Assembly: GCA_964540205.1 (NCBI GenBank)
Contig: CAZIMJ010000011.1
Span: 1 to 54,679 of the forward strand
Direction of reading: 5' to 3'
Length of the DNA stretch: 54,679 nucleotides
DNA from: an uncultured Eubacteriales bacterium
GTDB taxonomy: Bacteria; Acidobacteriota; Aminicenantia; Aminicenantales; Aminicenantaceae
This document shows positions 49,453 through 54,679 of the stretch, piece by piece (within the stretch, counting starts at the first letter, position 1; each line of letters starts with the position of its first letter). The notes under the pieces were generated by a model that made no database searches, was not told the origin of the DNA, and worked only from the letters and a program-made list of their open reading frames with translations. A program made the position numbers and the translations under genes.

Positions 49453-50757
49453 TTATTTCCGGCCGACCGAAGAATACTCAAAACCAAGGCCTCGCGCTTC
49501 ATCGGGATCGAAGAGGTTCCGGCCATCGATAAGGATGGGATTGGCCATCAGGTCTTTGACCTTGTTGAGATCCAGAGACTTGAACTCATCCCATTCTGTG
49601 ACGAGGAGTAAGGCATTCGCTTCTTTGACTGCATCATAGGGACTATCCACGTAAACGATCCTGGGTGAATCCTCTGGAAAGATGCTCTTCATGTTGTCCA
49701 TGGCCTTTGGATCATAGAGCCGAAGCAACGCCTCCTGGCTTTGAAGCTCATGGATGAGGCTGATACTGGGGGCATTTCGCGTATCATCCGTTTCGGGCTT
49801 GAATGCGAGACCCAAAACGGCAATTTTCTTATCCTTAACGATCCAGAGGGCTTTTTTAATCTTTCCTAAAAAACTCTGAATCCTATCAGTGTTGATCCTG
49901 TCTACTTCCTTTAAGAGTGCAAAGTCGGCACCCAAATCCTCGCCGATCTTGATGAGAGCGCGCACATCTTTGGGAAAACAAGACCCTCCATATCCTAATC
50001 CCGCCCGCAAAAATCTCTCGCCTATCCGAGGGTCCAATCCCATCCCCTTGGCCACGAGCTCCACATCCGCATCCGTCTTCTCACAGAGATCTGACATGAG
50101 GTTGATGTATGAGATTTTAAGAGCCAAGAATGAATTGGAGGCATGTTTGATGAGTTCGGCGGTGTCGATGTTTGTAACCAGGATCTTATCCTTGAATTTT
50201 TCATATATTTTTACTAGAACGTCTTCAGCCTTTTTTGTCTCAACACCGATGATCACACGATCGGGATGCATAAAATCCGACACAGCTGTGCCTTCGCGCA
50301 AGAATTCAGGATTGGAAGCCACGTCAAATTCGCCATTTCCCTTCTTATAAAGGCTGATGGTTCTCTTGATCCACATGGATGTTTGAACAGGAACCGTGCT
50401 CTTTTCGACGACAACTTTGTACTTATTGATGTTTTCCGCAATGTTCCGCGATGTGCTCTCCACATAACACATGTCCGCACTCCCATCTTCCCGCTGTGGC
50501 GTGTTGACACAGACAAAAAGCACATCCGAATCTCGAATTGTTTCTTCGAGGTCATGACTGAAGGAGAGGTGTCCCTTCTTGAGGTTCTTCTGCAGGAGAT
50601 CTTCCAAGCCCGGCTCATAGATATGACAAATTCCCTGAGAAGCCTTTTCGATCTTATCCTTGTCGATATCCGTCCCCGCAACATCATGGCCGAGATCTGC
50701 CAGACACACAGCTGTCACCATCCCGACATATCCAGTGCCGATCACTCCGATCTTCAT
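49453..50757 (-). CDS. ugd: UDP-glucose 6-dehydrogenase
   Basis: GTGYVG, KSTVP, NPEFLREG.A, GYGGSCFPKD, GLAFKP.TDD.R. Confidence 0.95.
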   Translation of the reverse strand: MKIGVIGTGYVGMVTAVCLADLGHDVAGTDIDKDKIEKASQGICHIYEPGLEDLLQKNLKKGHLSFSHDLEETIRDSDVLFVCVNTPQREDGSADMCYVESTSRNIAENINKYKVVVEKSTVPVQTSMWIKRTISLYKKGNGEFDVASNPEFLREGTAVSDFMHPDRVIIGVETKKAEDVLVKIYEKFKDKILVTNIDTAELIKHASNSFLALKISYINLMSDLCEKTDADVELVAKGMGLDPRIGERFLRAGLGYGGSCFPKDVRALIKIGEDLGADFALLKEVDRINTDRIQSFLGKIKKALWIVKDKKIAVLGLAFKPETDDTRNAPSISLIHELQSQEALLRLYDPKAMDNMKSIFPEDSPRIVYVDSPYDAVKEANALLLVTEWDEFKSLDLNKVKDLMANPILIDGRNLFDPDEARGLGFEYSSVGRK

Positions 50758-50891
50758 TCACTCCTCCTTCTCTGCGCTCTATGAAAATTGCTAGTAAATA
50801 TAAATTGTTTAATATTCAATGTATTTAACATTGATTCTTTTTCTAATAATCCAGATTATGTTTTGACAACATTCATTATGAATAAGCCAAG

Positions 50892-52196
50892 TTAGGCTTT
50901 AACGACATTTTTCCGCTTACTCTTGATAGCATTGCGCGTGTCGATAACCAGGTGAGCGTGCTTCACGATCCAGTCATAGTCATAGGCTGTGTGGTCGGTG
51001 GTTATGATCACAGCGGCATATTTTTTCAGTGTAGTCTCATCCAGTTTTATTGATTTCATATTCAACTCGGGATAATCCCTGTGCCCTGCAGAACGCAGCA
51101 CATGCGGGTCATTGTAGTCGACCTTGGCTCCCCTCTGCTTTAAAAGAGTGATGATTTTTAGAGACGGCGATTCCCGCTGATCATCGACATCTTTTTTGTA
51201 GGCGATACCCAGGATAAGCACCCTGGCCCCTTTGATCACGCGGCCCCTCTCGTTCAGTTCCTCGATCGTCCTATCAACCACAAAGTACGGCATGAGCGTG
51301 TTGATCTCCCCGGCAAGCTCTATGAACCGCGTTGGATAATCGACCTCTTTGGCTTTCCATGTCAGATAAAACGGGTCTACCGGAATACAGTGACCCCCAT
51401 ATCCTGGCCCGGGTGAAAAAGGCATAAATCCAAAGGGCTTCGTGGATGAGGCCTTGATCACTTCCCAAACATCGATTCCCATCCGGTCGAAAATCATCTT
51501 CATCTCATTGACCAGAGCGATGTTCACCGAACGGAATATATTCTCGAGTAGTTTTGTGGCTTCAGCGACCCTTGTCGAGCTCACCGGCACTGTTTGAATG
51601 ACGATCTGATCGTACAGAGTTTTAGCCACCTTTAAACATTCCCTCGTGACTCCCCCAACAACCTTTGGAATATTGGCAGTTGTGTAAACCTCATCTCCAG
51701 GGTTCTCCCTCTCAGGTGAATAGGCCAGATAAAAATCTCTGCCCACTTTGTATCCTTTGGATTCCAGGATGGGAAGCATCTCTTCCTCGGTCGTGCCTGG
51801 ATATGTGGTGCTCTCAAGGACCACGAGTTGTCCCTTCTTCCTGTTATCAGCAATGAGCTTTGTCGTGTTCAGGACAAAAGAGAGGTCGGGATTTTTGTGG
51901 GCATCCAAAGGAGTCGGCACACAGATCAGTATCGCATCGGCCTTAGCCAGCATTTTGGGGTCTGTCGTAGCCTTGAATTTGTTCTTTTCCAGGTAAGGTA
52001 TCAGATCTTTCCCGGTGACATGTTTGATGTAACTTCTCCCCTTATTGAGAAGGTTTACTTTTGTCTTGTCTATGTCAAAACCGACCACATGGAAGCCCGT
52101 GTTCAAAAATGTTTTGATCAGAGGGAGACCCACATACCCTAACCCAATCACACAAACCAGTGATTTCCTGTCTTTGATCTTGTTTACCAGACTCAT
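50892..52196 (-). CDS. UDP-N-acetylhexosamine 6-dehydrogenase (WbpA/WecC family)
   Basis: GLGYVGLP, ESTTYPGTT, SPER, GPGYGGHCIPVDPFYL, YKKDVDD.RESP. Confidence 0.93.
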   Translation of the reverse strand: MSLVNKIKDRKSLVCVIGLGYVGLPLIKTFLNTGFHVVGFDIDKTKVNLLNKGRSYIKHVTGKDLIPYLEKNKFKATTDPKMLAKADAILICVPTPLDAHKNPDLSFVLNTTKLIADNRKKGQLVVLESTTYPGTTEEEMLPILESKGYKVGRDFYLAYSPERENPGDEVYTTANIPKVVGGVTRECLKVAKTLYDQIVIQTVPVSSTRVAEATKLLENIFRSVNIALVNEMKMIFDRMGIDVWEVIKASSTKPFGFMPFSPGPGYGGHCIPVDPFYLTWKAKEVDYPTRFIELAGEINTLMPYFVVDRTIEELNERGRVIKGARVLILGIAYKKDVDDQRESPSLKIITLLKQRGAKVDYNDPHVLRSAGHRDYPELNMKSIKLDETTLKKYAAVIITTDHTAYDYDWIVKHAHLVIDTRNAIKSKRKNVVKA

Positions 52197-52206
52197 TGCC
52201 CCACCT

Positions 52207-53142
52207 CTATTGCTGATCTCTAAACCATTCGATAGTCCTCAAAAGGCCATCCTTGAGAGAAACACGGGGTTTATAATTCAAAAGAGCCTCTGCTTTCGAG
52301 ATGTCGGCAAAGGAGTGCTTCACATCTCCAGGACGTTCTTCTTCATGCACAGGCTCGATGTCTTTCTTTGTCAATTCTGTGAGTGTTTTGGCTAGACCAT
52401 TCACTGAAGTTTGTACCCCATTTCCCAGGTTAAAAACCTGGCCTGAAACATCGGGCACAAGCGCAACCTGAAGATTGGCCTCCACAATATTGGCGACATG
52501 GGTGAAATCCCTGGATTGCTCCCCATCCCCATGAATGATCGGGGCCTTGTCTGAGAGAAGGCGCGTGATAAAATTGGGGATCACAGCCGTATACTGAGAA
52601 AAAGGGTCCTGGCGCGGACCGAAAACATTGAAGTATCTGAGGCACACTGTCGCAAGACCATAGATCTCGCTGAAGACCTGACAGTATTTTTCCCCTGTAA
52701 GCTTAGTAATAGCATAAGGAGACAAGGGATTGCCCTCCAGGCCTTCTTTCTTGGGGAGATGTTCGTCATCACCGTATACGGATGAGGAAGAAGCGAAGAC
52801 GACTTTTTTAACAGATGCGTCCCTTGAAGCCAACAGAATATTCAACGTTCCTTCGATGTTGATGGCGTTTGTCAGGAGGGGGTCTTCAATCGAGCGGGGG
52901 ACAGAAGGAAGCGCCGCTTGATGGAGGACATAATCCACATCTTTGACAGCTTCTCGGCAGAGTTCAAGGTTCCGGATATCTCCCCGGATGAGCTCAATCC
53001 CATCGAGGAACGAAGCGATGTTCTCTTCCTTTCCCGTGAGAAAATTATCGACCACTCGGACAAAAAAATCCTTTGTCACCAACTCTTCTGCGATGTGCGA
53101 GCCGATAAATCCCGCTCCCCCAGTTACCAAATATCTATCCAT
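52207..53142 (-). CDS. NAD-dependent UDP-HexNAc 4-epimerase (WbpP/TviC-like SDR)
   Basis: TGGAGFIG, HQAAL.SVPRS..DP, SSSSVYG, YAITK (YxxxK), LRYFNVFGPRQDP. Confidence 0.92.
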   Translation of the reverse strand: MDRYLVTGGAGFIGSHIAEELVTKDFFVRVVDNFLTGKEENIASFLDGIELIRGDIRNLELCREAVKDVDYVLHQAALPSVPRSIEDPLLTNAINIEGTLNILLASRDASVKKVVFASSSSVYGDDEHLPKKEGLEGNPLSPYAITKLTGEKYCQVFSEIYGLATVCLRYFNVFGPRQDPFSQYTAVIPNFITRLLSDKAPIIHGDGEQSRDFTHVANIVEANLQVALVPDVSGQVFNLGNGVQTSVNGLAKTLTELTKKDIEPVHEEERPGDVKHSFADISKAEALLNYKPRVSLKDGLLRTIEWFRDQQ

Positions 53143-53165
53143 CTCGCCTATTCCAATTGGATGAA

Positions 53166-53381
53166 TCAGTCCATATAGCCCAAGGCCTTCAACCGCTCTT
53201 TGACCTTATCTTCCTCTTCTTTGCTCAATCCTTCCTCTTCCTTTTCGCCTTTGGGAAGGCTGTCTTTAAGGACCTTGATCACATAATCCTGTACAGACGC
53301 AACATCTGTGTTTTTTATCTTTGCCTCTATCTTCCTGTACAGCTCGGCTGGTATAGTAATATCAGTAGCTTCATTTTCCAT
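53166..53381 (-). CDS. Small ribbon-helix-helix (CopG-like) protein with acidic linker and LKALGY tail
   Basis: ITIPAELYRKI...SVQDYVIKVL RHH pattern; EEEDKVKERLKALGYMD end; SD CAGGAGG before ATG 53381. Confidence 0.8.
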   Translation of the reverse strand: MENEATDITIPAELYRKIEAKIKNTDVASVQDYVIKVLKDSLPKGEKEEEGLSKEEEDKVKERLKALGYMD

Positions 53382-53535
53382 TTTATCCTCCTGACCTGAA
53401 TTATTCATAAAAAATGTCTAGACTTATCATAACAGACGTAATATCAAAATGTTACATAGTTTTTTCGGAATACTCATTTACGTACTGCATATCCTATTTG
53501 ATTTTTATCATAGTCGACATTTTTTACCCTACGGG

Positions 53536-53634
53536 CGAGCTGATCTCACTACAAAACCTTCGTTGTAGCCCACTCGCGGTAGTTCACTACAGCTTCGTGG
53601 ACCACTACCTCGCCTTTGCAGCAACCTCAACTCG
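53536..53634 (-). ncRNA. Candidate structured non-coding element (nested hairpin)
   Basis: On the minus strand four nested stems close using only Watson-Crick or G-U pairs; no family assigned. Confidence 0.4.
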
Positions 53635-53661
53635 TGAATAATTCATCTTTCACCTGGATTA

Positions 53662-54237
53662 TTATCGGCGTTTGCGGTAGAGGGATTTGTCAACTGCGGC
53701 GATCATCCTCTCCAGGTCAAACTCAGTTGAAGCCAGGAAATCATAGATCTTTGTCACATTTTCTGTAGGATTGGCTACGATCTCATTGTAGTTCACAAAC
53801 AGCACATCGATATCCTCTCGTTCCTTGATCTGACTGATGATCATATCGTTGAGCTTCGTGAATACGATGCGTGTGTCTTCCCGGTCTTCATCCTGAATTT
53901 TCGCCATTTTCTCCATCGAGTCCAAAATTTCCTCGATATTCCTCTGCGAGTAGATGATCTTATATTCCCCCTTGGGCAGGAATTTGAGGCCGTATGAGGT
54001 TATTTTGATAAATTTGCCTTTGTAGGGATCAAACGAGAATTCTTTATTCATGAGTTTATTGATGATCTTTCCGCCTTCAAGCTCGAAGTAGCCTCGTGGA
54101 TTGTCGTCATCCGGAGGCCTCGAATCCTGATCAAAATCCGAAGGAAACCCACCGGCATCCAGGATCTGCATGAGCATCGATGTGCCGGAGCGTTCTAATC
54201 CGGATACGATATAGTTGACGTTTTTATCCAATGTCAT
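53662..54237 (-). CDS. Small P-loop sulfotransferase family protein
   Basis: VSGLERSGTS 5'-PSB loop, NPRGYFE, R...E...S 3'-PB motif, V.Y..IV..P. Confidence 0.85.
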   Translation of the reverse strand: MTLDKNVNYIVSGLERSGTSMLMQILDAGGFPSDFDQDSRPPDDDNPRGYFELEGGKIINKLMNKEFSFDPYKGKFIKITSYGLKFLPKGEYKIIYSQRNIEEILDSMEKMAKIQDEDREDTRIVFTKLNDMIISQIKEREDIDVLFVNYNEIVANPTENVTKIYDFLASTEFDLERMIAAVDKSLYRKRR

Positions 54238-54375
54238 TGTTTCACCTTTTCTCTATCTTTCCTGTGAATACCTCTATTGTTCCAAAAAACAGCGAATTGC
54301 ATTCAAGAAAGATTTTATATCTCAAAATCCGGTCTAATGCAATGTTTTTGTATCAGTTGCCCAGTGTTTCGTATC

Positions 54376-54514
54376 GGTCCATTCGGGGAACAGACCCTAC
54401 ATCATAGGGACGAAACGGTAGAATGTAGGGGCCGTTTCCCAAACGGTCCGTTTAAAAAATGTGACGATCCCTTTTTTGTTACCTTTTTTGGTCAGCTCGG
54501 GGAGCTGACCCTAC
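54376..54514. repeat. Cluster of three GTAG-type REP hairpins (54376-54400 -, 54425-54449 +, 54490-54514 -)
   Basis: GGTCCATTCGGGGAACAGACCCTAC; GTAGGGGCCGTTTCCCAAACGGTCC; GGTCAGCTCGGGGAGCTGACCCTAC. Confidence 0.85.
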
Positions 54515-54553
54515 ATGGATAGGGGGTGAGGAGTTAAAACGCTTGGAGTAGAA

Positions 54554-54679
54554 TTAGATAATCTTGAAGTGGATACGCTCCCCTGCTTTTTGTTCTTCTG
54601 GAGAATCCATCCATTTCAATTCAAGATCAAACTCTCCTCTTGGAATTCTGCTGAAATCTAAACTGTAGACACAATTCCA
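54554..54679 (-). CDS. 3' end of a gene running off the window (unknown protein)
   Basis: Open frame WNCVYSLDFSRIPRGEFDLELKWMDSPEEQKAGERIHFKII then TAA at 54554-54556; resembles a beta-sandwich C-terminus. Confidence 0.55.
   Translation of the reverse strand, partial: WNCVYSLDFSRIPRGEFDLELKWMDSPEEQKAGERIHFKII

Noticed and set aside
50816-50834. Palindrome TCAATGT-N5-ACATTGA upstream of ugd as an operator
   Set aside because: Single AT-rich occurrence; no second copy noticed to support a regulon.
53414-53641. 75-aa plus-strand ORF over the hairpin element
   Set aside because: No SD or recognisable motif and opposite to the flanking genes; better explained as non-coding.

Overview
Bacterial chromosomal window. 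The lineage is inferred from protein style only: Acidobacteriota-like, possibly Ca. Aminicenantes. 1-13.7 kb is housekeeping: exbD, a coupled ParB-like/spore-photoproduct-lyase-like pair, a nucleoside phosphorylase, a 2-hydroxyacid dehydrogenase, larE, the uppS-cdsA-dxr-rseP-ispG cluster and hypCDE, with GTAG-type REP hairpins in the spacers. 13.7-54.2 kb is a mosaic cell-surface glycan locus, visibly AT-richer over much of its length. It holds 7 GT4, 1 GT2, a PssD/E pair, 2 priming phosphoglycosyltransferases, Wzx, a MurJ-like flippase, Wzz, 2 O-antigen ligase/Wzy-like proteins, a GT-C protein, 5 methyltransferases, a sulfatase-like lipoprotein, a sulfotransferase and nucleotide-sugar dehydrogenases/epimerase. 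Best novelty candidate: in the middle of the locus, a small secreted protein made of one ~245-aa domain I cannot name faces a gingipain-like C25 protease carrying two tandem copies of the same domain. This suggests a glycosylated surface-layer or display system. Other leads: a shared C-terminal LxALGY tail, an in-frame TGA splitting the GT-C gene, a nested G-U-rich hairpin element at 53.5 kb, and an SPL homologue lacking both radical-relay residues. No tRNA, rRNA, CRISPR array, integrase or transposase was recognised.
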